Positions 47,012 to 56,533 of a DNA stretch of 64,000 nt are shown here, in pieces (position 1 is the stretch's first letter; every line of letters starts with the position of its first letter). The notes under the pieces were generated by a model. The model had not been told where the DNA came from. It saw only the letters and a list, made by a program, of their open reading frames with translations, and did not search any database. The translations under genes were made by a program, and so were the position numbers. Source of the stretch: Mayamaea pseudoterrestris (Eukaryota); the NCBI GenBank assembly GCA_027923505.1, contig BROI01000006.1:372001-436000 (forward strand), read 5' to 3'.

Positions 47012-48343
47012 ATGATGTTCCAACGATCGCTCTTGACATGGCTGCTTCTAGCAGCAGCTTGCCAAGCCTTTGTGCCATCCAAATCGAGTCAAAATCTAAA
47101 CACGCACAGAATTACGCAGCAATCTCATTCATTCACATCATCAACAACATCATCATCATACTCGACATCATCAACCCGTTTGTTCATGTCGACGCGGACG
47201 GGCGGCCGCGACTTTTACAAAATTTTGGGCGTGGCAAAGGGAGCATCCACCCAAGAAATCAAGCGTGCCTATCGCCAAAAAGCCAAGGAGTTTCACCCCG
47301 ACAGCAACCCCGGCTCCGACACGACGGAGCAGTTCCAGGAAATCAATCGCGCCTACGAAGTGTTGAACAATCCGGATTTGAAGAAAAAGTATGACATGTT
47401 TGGAGAGCAAGGATTGGGAACGTCCGCTGCCAGTGACGCCACATCGGGGAGTCCGTTTGGTGGAGGAGCTGGCTTTGGGCAGGAGGTGGATTTGGGTGAC
47501 ATTTTCGATTCGTTCTTTGGCGGCGGTGGCGGCATGGGCGGAGGCGGTCGACGAAGCGCGCGCACGCGGGGACCAGTCGTTGGTGACGACTTGCGGTTCG
47601 ACTTGGAGCTTGACTTTAAGACGGCAGTCTTTGGCGGAGAAGAAAAGGTGCGCATTCGCCACCAGGAGACGTGTGGAACGTGCACCGGTAACGGTGTCAA
47701 GCCGGGGAGCAAGGTGTCGACGTGCAGCTCCTGCGGCGGGTCGGGTGTGACGGTGCAAATCACGCGCACACCGCTCGGAAGCTTTCAGACGCAGCAAACC
47801 TGCCCAACGTGCCGTGGTACCGGACAGCGGATCGAGGAGTATTGCGGCACTTGCGGTGGCCAAGGCGTCACGCAAAAGACCAAGCAGATCAAGGTGACCA
47901 TTCCTCCAGGTGTTGAGAACGGCAACAAGCTGCGCGTCCGAGGTGAAGGTGACGCTGGCCCCAACGGCGGACCTCCAGGCGATTTGTACATTTTCCTCAA
48001 GGTGAAGGAGGACGCCAAGTTTCGTCGCGATGGACCAGAAATATACTCCGACGTGTCGATCTCATACGTGGATGCTATACTGGGAGCTTCCATCAAGACT
48101 CCCGTGGTGGATGGAGAAGTTACCATCAAGGTACCTCCCGGTACGCAGCCGGGTCAAGTGATGCGACTCAAGGGCAATGGTGCACCGAAGCTCGGTAACC
48201 CAGACGTTCGAGGCGACCACTACGTCACAATGAACATTGAGATACCCAAGAGTATGTCTGTAGAGGAAGAGGAGTTGATCAAGAAACTAAAAGAGTTACG
48301 CGAGAAGAAGCAACAAAAGAAAAAAGGAGGAATATTTGGGTAG
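47012..48343 (+). CDS. dnaJ: Plastid-targeted type I DnaJ chaperone
   Basis: Signal + CQA-FVP; J domain DFYKILGV...FHPD; G/F region with DIF; four CxxCxGxG repeats; C-terminal domain. Confidence 0.95.
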   Translation: MMFQRSLLTWLLLAAACQAFVPSKSSQNLNTHRITQQSHSFTSSTTSSSYSTSSTRLFMSTRTGGRDFYKILGVAKGASTQEIKRAYRQKAKEFHPDSNPGSDTTEQFQEINRAYEVLNNPDLKKKYDMFGEQGLGTSAASDATSGSPFGGGAGFGQEVDLGDIFDSFFGGGGGMGGGGRRSARTRGPVVGDDLRFDLELDFKTAVFGGEEKVRIRHQETCGTCTGNGVKPGSKVSTCSSCGGSGVTVQITRTPLGSFQTQQTCPTCRGTGQRIEEYCGTCGGQGVTQKTKQIKVTIPPGVENGNKLRVRGEGDAGPNGGPPGDLYIFLKVKEDAKFRRDGPEIYSDVSISYVDAILGASIKTPVVDGEVTIKVPPGTQPGQVMRLKGNGAPKLGNPDVRGDHYVTMNIEIPKSMSVEEEELIKKLKELREKKQQKKKGGIFG

Positions 48344-48813
48344 AACTTGAGACGTTAAAAATGATGGAGCATGGACATGATCTCACCATTATTATTCGAG
48401 GCGGTCTGCCGCATTTATTTCATCATACTGGTTGGTATCTGTTGTTTACATTGCTAATTGTTCCCTAAGAGTTTGCTAGGCTTGTCATCCGATCATCCGT
48501 GCCAGTTCCCGTTGCAGGAGCATACATGCGAATTACCGGTATGACATGTATGTGTCGCGCTCCGACAATCGAGCGGCGGTCGGACGGCGCAGCGCTGCGC
48601 CTGCAGCGCACCTTTGGAAGACAACCAACCATCCGCAAAAGCGTCCCCGACGCTGAAATTAATTGGAGAGGAGACCATACTGCAGACTTGAAGCAAGACT
48701 CGCCGCGAAAATTGAAAGAGTACTTAAAATTCGGGACAAATTTGCTGCCTCGCATCAGTCAGCTCTAGATTTTTTTGATCACCTTGCTGCACGACAAAGC
48801 AAATTTCTAAATC

Positions 48814-50529
48814 ATGAGCCGCCAACCTGATAACGACGACGCAACGACTGCAGCTCGCGCATTGACGCCTTCCGAAACGAATGCATTGCAGCTGCAGTTG
48901 GAACCAATTTTCAAACGAATCATGTCGTCAGACGACGACGAGGACGACGATCAGACCGATTTGCTGTCCTACACGACCACCATGGTTTCCAACGGCAAGA
49001 CTATTTCTTACATTCTAGACGAATTGGAAGGAATCATGATGGACATGGATGCTTTGGATAAGGAAGCGATTGCAAGCATTATATTGAAAGCCATCAAAGG
49101 CACGAACGCTAGTGTCAGTGTTGATGCTGGGACGAGCGCGGCTGCCAACGTCGAGTCTACAACTGCTGCAGCAGCTCCAGACTCCAACGACGTGGAATCG
49201 ACTGCTCCACCCGCTGCGACGCAAACAGTTTCATCAGGAAATGCGCTCACAATGTCGGGCGCGCTGGGAGCCTCGAGGGAACGAAAGCCAGTATCGAAAA
49301 CTGGTCAGGCCAGCAAGCCGAAGGAACAGCCAGCGGCACGAAAAACATCCAACAATCGCATTTCCGCTGCCAAGGGTCCTACTAATAATGCAGGTCGAGG
49401 CGGCCGTGGAGGCGGCAGAGGACGGCGCCATGACATGGATAGTCGCAGTGGACGTGGTGGTGACCGAAAGGAAGGACGCGGCGTTGGTCGTCGGGATAAT
49501 GCAAACAATCGCCAAAGCGTCGACAGCGCCAACGCGAGAGAGCAGGACAGAGGCGGCCGAGGACGCGAATCTGGCCGAGATGACGGACGCGGCAGAGGCG
49601 GCGGGCGCGGTGATTTCCGCATGGATGATAGAAGTGGTGGACGCGGACGAAACATGCTTCGAGATGGAGGACAAAGAGACGATCGTCAACGAAACAACCA
49701 ACGAGCTGAAGATAATGGGCGTGGCATGCCATTTATGAGAGGGAGTGGTCGTGGCGAAAACCGTATTGACGATCAAAACTTGGGTCGTCAAGGGCAAGCT
49801 TCAACTTCGTCGACGCAACGTGGTCCAGGCGGACGAGGGGATGATCGGTTAATTACCGGAAGAAACGTGTCTGGAGATCGCCGTGACGATGGAGGCAGAT
49901 TTTTCGACAACCGAGGGCCAAATCATCGTCAACAAGCAGGCTTCCAAGATGGCAGAGGTCGTGGCCGTGCGGGTGCGGGCCGAAGCACCTTTAATTCGGA
50001 GGGTCGAGGAAACAACCAGGATCGTCGGCGCGGCCGCGAAGAAGGTCAAGAAAGGAGCACATTACATGGCGAGGGAGCGGAGAAAGACGCTCGGCACGGC
50101 TTTGACAGTAAACGTATGCGAGTTGAGAATGGCGGTCAATACGTTCAGCAACCGTTCGAAATTGATGTCACTAAGGCGGCCGATCACCACGACTTCACCC
50201 AAGCAGGAACTTTTCCCGGTGGCCGAGGAGGAAGAGGTTTTGGTCGGGGCAATGTCGCGGCCGTACTCAAGTCGTACACCTGGACAAAGGGTGGTGGTAC
50301 TTCCAAAGTTGAAGGAGCGATAGAGTCGGCGATGGATGATGCCGTTGCAGTCCATCCGTCTCCGCTGGTACAAGCTAATGCTCAAGGTAGAGGTCGGGGC
50401 AGAGGTAGGGGTCATGCTGGCGGTAGATTCGGCCATGTACAGGAAATCCTGGCTTCGAAAACTTGGGTGCGCAAGAAAGAAACGGATGCTTCTCAAGTCA
50501 AAGCAGATGATAGTACCCTTGGAGGCTAG
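48814..50529 (+). CDS. RGG-rich putative RNA-binding protein with N-terminal PWI-like helical domain
   Basis: N-terminal DLLSYTTTMVSNGKTISYILDELEG (PWI/Nab2-like pattern); many GRG/RGG repeats; two similar C-terminal motifs (LKSYTWTK, LASKTWVRK). Confidence 0.65.
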   Translation: MSRQPDNDDATTAARALTPSETNALQLQLEPIFKRIMSSDDDEDDDQTDLLSYTTTMVSNGKTISYILDELEGIMMDMDALDKEAIASIILKAIKGTNASVSVDAGTSAAANVESTTAAAAPDSNDVESTAPPAATQTVSSGNALTMSGALGASRERKPVSKTGQASKPKEQPAARKTSNNRISAAKGPTNNAGRGGRGGGRGRRHDMDSRSGRGGDRKEGRGVGRRDNANNRQSVDSANAREQDRGGRGRESGRDDGRGRGGGRGDFRMDDRSGGRGRNMLRDGGQRDDRQRNNQRAEDNGRGMPFMRGSGRGENRIDDQNLGRQGQASTSSTQRGPGGRGDDRLITGRNVSGDRRDDGGRFFDNRGPNHRQQAGFQDGRGRGRAGAGRSTFNSEGRGNNQDRRRGREEGQERSTLHGEGAEKDARHGFDSKRMRVENGGQYVQQPFEIDVTKAADHHDFTQAGTFPGGRGGRGFGRGNVAAVLKSYTWTKGGGTSKVEGAIESAMDDAVAVHPSPLVQANAQGRGRGRGRGHAGGRFGHVQEILASKTWVRKKETDASQVKADDSTLGG

Positions 50530-50828
50530 GCTGACGTTGATTCTACCCCTCCGTGCCCCGCGATTATGTTTCATTAGGCGCAACTGTGAGTGGATGTCAA
50601 TTACGGTATTGGCCTACATAGGTACTTGTACGACAGGAAATCCTAACTTCGAAGACTTGAGTGCGCAAGAAAGATGCGGATGCTTCTCAAGTCAAAGTAA
50701 ATGATAGTAACCTTGGAGGCTAGGCTGACGTTGATTCTACCCTCCATGCCCCGCGATTATGTTTCATTAGGCGCAACTGTGAGTGGATAGCGATTACGGT
50801 ATAGGCCTACAATAGGTGCTTGTACGAC
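50439..50828. repeat. Tandem duplication (~194-bp period, high identity) of the last codons, stop and 3'UTR of the RGG gene
   Basis: 50439-50632 aligns with 50633-50828 (aggaaatcct...ggaggctaggctgacgttgattctaccc...cttgtacgac). The second copy has TGG->TGA. Confidence 0.95.
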
Positions 50829-51037
50829 GTGCCATATGTGCAGTTCGCCGCAGGTAGCTATGATATGGCGTTGGAGCACCTTTTTGTACCGGTACGACAT
50901 TTATTGCGATGAAACGATGTGCGAATGAAAATTCTTTGGAAATATTATGGGGTCGTGCGTTCCCCAAATTTCCAGATTGACTTGTTATCATACCACGACG
51001 CTCATTCACTGTCAACTTTAAAGCGAATACGAAAACT

Positions 51038-53491
51038 ATGACTACCAGCAATAATTCAATAAAAAAGCGGCACAAAAGGCATGATATTGCAAAGTTTCTA
51101 ATCATGTTGACTGCAGTTGCAACAGCGGCAATGCTAAATTCGACTTATATTTCAACGGAACACACAATTGAACGTTTAAAAGGTGATGCACAAGTCGACT
51201 TGTCTAGCATGACCTATACGTTCGGAGACGTGAGTAATAAGGTCTCATTCATTCCTGACAATGATGATGGCAAAAATAGTATCATGCGCAATGTCAGCGA
51301 ACATATGGAACAACTCGCGAGCTCTCTTACCGACACGACGATAGACATAGAACCCTCGAAAGCCGATGCACAAATTAGCAAGTCTAGCATGAACTCCACG
51401 TTCGAAGGCATCGAAAAGAATATCTCGCGAAGTGTCTTTTACAATATATTCATTCCTGACACTGATGATGGCAAGAATAATACCCTACGCATCGTCAGGG
51501 AGCAGATAGAACAAGTCGCCAGCTCGTTTGCCACCGCAACAATGGAGCAGCCCATGCCTATCATAATTTATACAATGGGAGCTGCAGATGTTATAACATC
51601 CGAAAGTTTGGCATCGATTTGCCCCGCGCGTCTGAAGTGCCATCACATGCAGCACTACCAGCAAGGAAACGAGGCCATTACCCTTAACGCACTCCGACAA
51701 TATTGCATTGAACGACCTACGGCAACTGTAACCTATCTTCATAGCAAAGGGTCCTTCCACCCCCGACCCGAGAATGAGGTATGGCGACGCATTTTGACCG
51801 ATGCCGCTTTGAGCGAACGCTGTTATTCTAACATAGGAGAAAAGGGTTGCAACCTTTGCGGCGACAAATTTTTAACGCTTCCGACCTACTTTATTCCAGG
51901 TAACATTTTTACAGTCAGCTGTGACTATGCATCGCAGCTGACATCCTTGGACACTTATGATTCAGCAATCATGCAAGTGGTCAAACGATTTTTCATTTTG
52001 CGGCTTCGCAAACAAATGTCGGTAAATTTGTATAGTCCGGATGCTGGCCGGCACTCGTTCGAGGCTGTGTTCGGATTGGGAAGATATGGAGCGGAAAATT
52101 GGATAGGCTCGCATCCAGACATACGTCCATGTGATTGCGTTAACACACGGTCGCCCTTGGCAATCACGAAAGGTCAGGTAAAGATGGGCGACTTGGAGCT
52201 GGTCAAGGGACGCCGAAGGCGACATTACGCAAAGATCATGAGAGTTCCCGCTGCCCGCATTCGAGACTTTCATGTGTTTGGTGGCATGCTCATGAAGTGG
52301 TACGCCCTTTATGGACGCGCGCCAGGACCATCATCATGGGTATGGTTGCATCATCCAGATGGGCCTTTTTGGCTCGACAAAGTGACAGACTTAGGCGAGA
52401 ATGCAATTGACAACGCTACGAGCCCGTTATTGCCGTTGGAGACACGTTTTCCGTCCAGTGGCGAATCATTAGCTTCAAGGAAGCTGTACGAGAACCACGG
52501 TAAAAGTCCTGAGGCATCTTTCATTTTCATGGATGCATATATATCCCCCAGTGTCGACAGTGTGGGAGTTCAACAAGAGATAGAATCTCTGAAGCAACAA
52601 ATTGCAATCGTAGAAAGCTCGGCGCAGTCTTCGGGGCGGAACGCTACCATCTTTTACAATACAATGGGAAACATGATATTGAAGGAATTTTCCTTGTGTG
52701 GCGCTTATAGCGGTCACCAGTGTATTCCACTCGCGCACTATGATACGCGCTACGAGGGAGAGACAATGCGCCAATTATTCAACTTCTGTCAAGTAAATCC
52801 TAACAAAAGCGTCTCTTACATACATAACCGAGTCCCAGAAGGTCAACACGGATTGAGTTTGGACATACAACGCCGCACGATGCGCCACTTAACTTTGGGT
52901 GTGACTTCAACATATTTTCTTTCCAATTCACTTTCAGCCCAAGACTGCGACGTTTACGGTCTTAAATTTAATTACATGCCTCATTACGCACTTTATGGGG
53001 ACATGTTTTTCGCCAAATGCGGATACATCAATCAACTACTCCCGCCCGAGAATTTTACCGTGCGCATGGAGTCATTTGCTGCCGAAGTGCTGATGCAAAT
53101 TGTAGAGAAGAAGTTGAACGTCGGAGTCCTGGAAGCCTCGGCCCAGAATCTAAGTGTAGGAAGACATGTCATGGCCCGCTGGGTCGTCAGTCACCCCTCC
53201 TGCGTCCCATGCGACCTAACCAACCAGACAAGTCACTTTTGGGAGTCAGAGGACCGCTCAAGGAATGATTTTTCCGTGCAAGTGCCCGGCCCGCACGATC
53301 GTGGATCTTCTTGGGACTATAACATATCGACAGAGGCATTACTAATGGAGAATCCTCAACTTCGATTACGCGAAGTACTTTTCCATCCGGTCCATATTTC
53401 GCACTGGCAAACAATTTATAATGCAACACCAGGCAATTCATCAGCTTTCCAAACCTGGTTTCCCGATGCCGAAAGTGGTTCAGTTGTATAG
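51038..53491 (+). CDS. Type II membrane protein with two tandem copies of an uncharacterised domain (YLHSKG / GN.F..C.Y / GR..E.W.GSHP), possibly glycan-modifying
   Basis: N-terminal TM; domain 1 HYQQGNE..TL...YC...YLHSKG...PGNIF..SCDY...GRYGAENWIGSHP.CD; domain 2 HYDTRYE..TM...FC...YIHNR...YGDMF..KCGY...GRHVMARWVVSHP.CD. Confidence 0.7.
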   Translation: MTTSNNSIKKRHKRHDIAKFLIMLTAVATAAMLNSTYISTEHTIERLKGDAQVDLSSMTYTFGDVSNKVSFIPDNDDGKNSIMRNVSEHMEQLASSLTDTTIDIEPSKADAQISKSSMNSTFEGIEKNISRSVFYNIFIPDTDDGKNNTLRIVREQIEQVASSFATATMEQPMPIIIYTMGAADVITSESLASICPARLKCHHMQHYQQGNEAITLNALRQYCIERPTATVTYLHSKGSFHPRPENEVWRRILTDAALSERCYSNIGEKGCNLCGDKFLTLPTYFIPGNIFTVSCDYASQLTSLDTYDSAIMQVVKRFFILRLRKQMSVNLYSPDAGRHSFEAVFGLGRYGAENWIGSHPDIRPCDCVNTRSPLAITKGQVKMGDLELVKGRRRRHYAKIMRVPAARIRDFHVFGGMLMKWYALYGRAPGPSSWVWLHHPDGPFWLDKVTDLGENAIDNATSPLLPLETRFPSSGESLASRKLYENHGKSPEASFIFMDAYISPSVDSVGVQQEIESLKQQIAIVESSAQSSGRNATIFYNTMGNMILKEFSLCGAYSGHQCIPLAHYDTRYEGETMRQLFNFCQVNPNKSVSYIHNRVPEGQHGLSLDIQRRTMRHLTLGVTSTYFLSNSLSAQDCDVYGLKFNYMPHYALYGDMFFAKCGYINQLLPPENFTVRMESFAAEVLMQIVEKKLNVGVLEASAQNLSVGRHVMARWVVSHPSCVPCDLTNQTSHFWESEDRSRNDFSVQVPGPHDRGSSWDYNISTEALLMENPQLRLREVLFHPVHISHWQTIYNATPGNSSAFQTWFPDAESGSVV

Positions 53492-53734
53492 AAGACAATG
53501 GAAATCGTACATGTTCTAACGACACATCAGTTAGGATATTTACGACGAATGAAATCCGGTATGAACCGTGAAAATAAGCAAGCTTTTGAGGAGATGTCCG
53601 TTCACACCCCAACACGAAACGGCACCGGCTATCAATGCGGCAGGCGACATAGTAGGTCATATTCGCCAACGACTTCCAACATGCCTGCCAACAGTGCAGA
53701 CGTTGTATCTTAAGACTATACCTTGTATCTAAAT

Positions 53735-55088
53735 TTACAACTCTAATCCATGAGCCAAAAGGGGCAGCAATATCGTCAAAATTTCGTGCGCCGCCTTGGG
53801 GTTACCCGGCAAATTGGCAACAAAGGTGGTGCCCCGAAGGCCAGCCGTCCCACGCGATAGGCTGGCTAGCGGCTGCTGGCGACTACATTCCATCGACACA
53901 AAACCCATCAGACCGGATGCTTCTTGGTAAAGTATTTTGCGTGTTGCTTCGGGCGTGACATCGCGCGCGCTCAAGCCTGTACCACCCGTTGTCAATATCA
54001 AATGTGGCGTCGCCGAAGCGTCCTCGCCGTCGCACCAATCCATGAGCCGTGACTGAATTGCTTCCATGTCATCAGGCACAATGGCTTTTCGTGTTGATAC
54101 ACGAGCATTGCCTAACAGCTCCTTGACGCTTTCTTCCACTGCCGGCCCAGAAAGATCACCATTTTCGTACTCGTTATGAAAGGCGCGATCGCTAACGGTG
54201 AGAATGCTGACGCGAATCTGTGCATGCTTCCATTTGTAACAATCAGCAGATATGGACGGTGGCGCATACGGCGGAATTGATCGATTGATACTTCTTGCGT
54301 TGTCATCATGGCTGACGGAAATGCGATGGCCCTGCGACGGAGTCGGGAACGTTTCGCAACAAACATTTGAGGAAAGCGCTATATTCTTCTCGCTGCTGCC
54401 ATGTCCCTCATTAGAAACTGCACTTGATTCAGCTGCAGCCTCAGCTTGAGCGGACGTAGGAGCTTCTGCATTTACGCGCGTCGGCAACAATTCTTCATTG
54501 TGTTTCGCCCAGAGCGAACGACTAGATTGATATCGCTCCAACTGCTCGTCGGTTGCCTTTTGCTGATGCTGCTTCTTCCAATCTCCATACTGCATACCAT
54601 AGACAATTTGAGCCGCTTGGTCGTATCCAAACTGATTCAACTGATCGGCGTAAGGATGTTTGGCGTGAATGGAATCGTCGCTAACGAGCGATGCTTCCGA
54701 CGCTGCGTCGTCAACCAGTTTTCTCGCTTCCAAAACCATCCACTAAGAGAATAATGAGAAGAATTAGTTGAACGAATAACGCAAAGAGTTGTATATCAAT
54801 TCCCAATGATTCGCAGCACTGCGATCTGTGAACCGTCGACAATCGTCACCAAGCGCGCGACTTCAGCATCTCGAGACTCGCTCTCAGTCGACAAACAGAG
54901 CCAGACACCTAGCGTACCTTGGCGAGGCAATTTCGACAAAAGCCCGAAAGCGTCATGAGGTCCATGTTGGAAACCTGATCACTCCGCTCCTGCAAGTGTT
55001 GGCAGAGAGACTCAAAAGCTCCGGCTTGTAGCTGCCGAACAAGAGATGCGGGGAGACCGATTCCATTTTCATTTTTATAGGAGTCCAT
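53735..55088 (-). CDS. DUF1244-like domain fused to molybdopterin adenylyltransferase (MogA/Cnx1G/gephyrin G domain). Exons 55088-54918 and 54742-53735
   Basis: Exon 1 QAGAFESLCQHLQERSDQVSNMDLMTLSGFCRNCLAK|W spliced at AAG|GTACG...TTAG|TGG, then IVYGMQYGDWKKQHQQKATDEQL. C-terminal ILTVSDR, DLSGP, IVPDD, LILTTGGTG..RDVTPEAT, LSRG.AG, NLPGNPKA. Confidence 0.88.
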
Positions 55089-55341
55089 TGTAGCTGATGA
55101 TGTTCTATAGAGTTGATGGGTGTTTGTAGGTGGTAACAGCAATACAGTAACAAACGAACGCGAGTCGAGCGAACTGTGCGCCTCGGCGGATGCAAGATCT
55201 CAGCCAGTACCGGTGCGAGATTTCGAGATACCGGTACGACCTACGACATTTTCGAAATGAAAGTTCCTCCACGACGAGAACCACAAGATGGCACATATCC
55301 ACGGCAGCGCTGTCAATTGCAAAGTTCATCCAACCAAAACA

Positions 55342-56243
55342 ATGAGCGACTCAATCGATCCCCAAGAATGGAAGGAGTAAGTTAGTAAGGAATGCATGCC
55401 CTTTGATGGTTCATTGCAACTCGTCCTCTCAAATCACTTTTTTCGCATTCTTCCAGACTCGGTAACAAGGCATTTGCCGCCAAGCAGTACAACGATGCCA
55501 TCCAGCACTACACCAAGGCTATCTTGTACGACAAGTCCAATCACGTATATTACTCCAATCGTAGTGCTTGTCACGCTGGACTCAAGCAGTGGGCGGAAGC
55601 CGCGCGAGATGCCAAGGAATGCATTCGCCTTGATCCATCCTTTGTCAAGGGATACTATCGGCTTGCGCTGGCACTCAAGGAGCTTGCGGATTATGAAACG
55701 GCAACTCATGCGCTGCGACAAGGATTGGCGGCAGCAAAAAATGACGCCAGCAGCATGGAACCGTTGCAGAAGCTGTTGAGGCAAGTGGAGCAGCTGCAGC
55801 GATCGTTGAATGCTGAGAAAGAGGAGAACGATACTGCAACCTTGCCGCAGCGTCACAGCGCTGGCAGTTCGACGTTATCCGCAGCGGCAGCCAAGCTTGA
55901 CGAAGCCTCGTCGCGCGAGCTCTACGATTTGGAGGTGCAAGCGACGCAATCAAGCCGCGACTTGTCAGTCGTCGAAAACCAACTGCTTCGTCTGGAGCGT
56001 GACAAGCGACTCGCCCAAGTCACAAAGGAGGAAATTAGTCAATTACCAGCTGAAACAGCCTGCTTTCGAAGTGTGGGTAAGATCTTTTTGAAGTCGTCGC
56101 AGGACCGAGTGACGGAATACTTGGATGAAAAGGTTTCAACGACTACCAAGCAGCAGCATGATTTGACGCAAAAGAAGGACTACTTGGAACGACGATTAAA
56201 GTCGCAGCAGCAGAACATGAAGGACATCTTGTCGCCGGCGTAG
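55342..56243 (+). CDS. TPR (STI1/HOP-like clamp) domain fused to prefoldin subunit 1-like domain. Exons 55342-55376 and 55457-56243
   Basis: WKE|LGNKAF...YTKAI, YSNRSAC, KGYYR form three TPRs. C-terminal coil-hairpin-coil with FRSVGKIF and QKKDYLERRLKSQQQNMKDIL resembles PFDN1. Confidence 0.85.
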
Positions 56244-56533
56244 ATACGAGTGTCCACAATGCGGACTGACTATCACATGTGCAGTGTAAACCTGCGCATG
56301 CAACCAATAGAAGTCATGCTTCCTAGATTAGTCATTTACCTGTATTTTTGTAGCATGCAATGCGGGACCATATAACTGCTTTAACAGTGTTTGTAGATAT
56401 CAGCCATAGGGATATCCAAGAGGAGAGGAGGGATCCCGAATTAAGTTATCAATCGAGACGCGGTCAGACAGGAGTGACTGTGCGACACGGTGCAACAACC
56501 ATCCGTCCTTCCATTTTCTCATTCTGCGCGACC

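Noticed and set aside
48465..48768. Overlapping short ORFs between DnaJ and the RGG gene
   Set aside because: No motifs; position fits the promoter/5'UTR of the downstream gene.
50439..50828. Direct repeats as LTRs or a CRISPR array
   Set aside because: The copies are adjacent, contain host gene sequence, and have no internal element, spacers or TG...CA termini.
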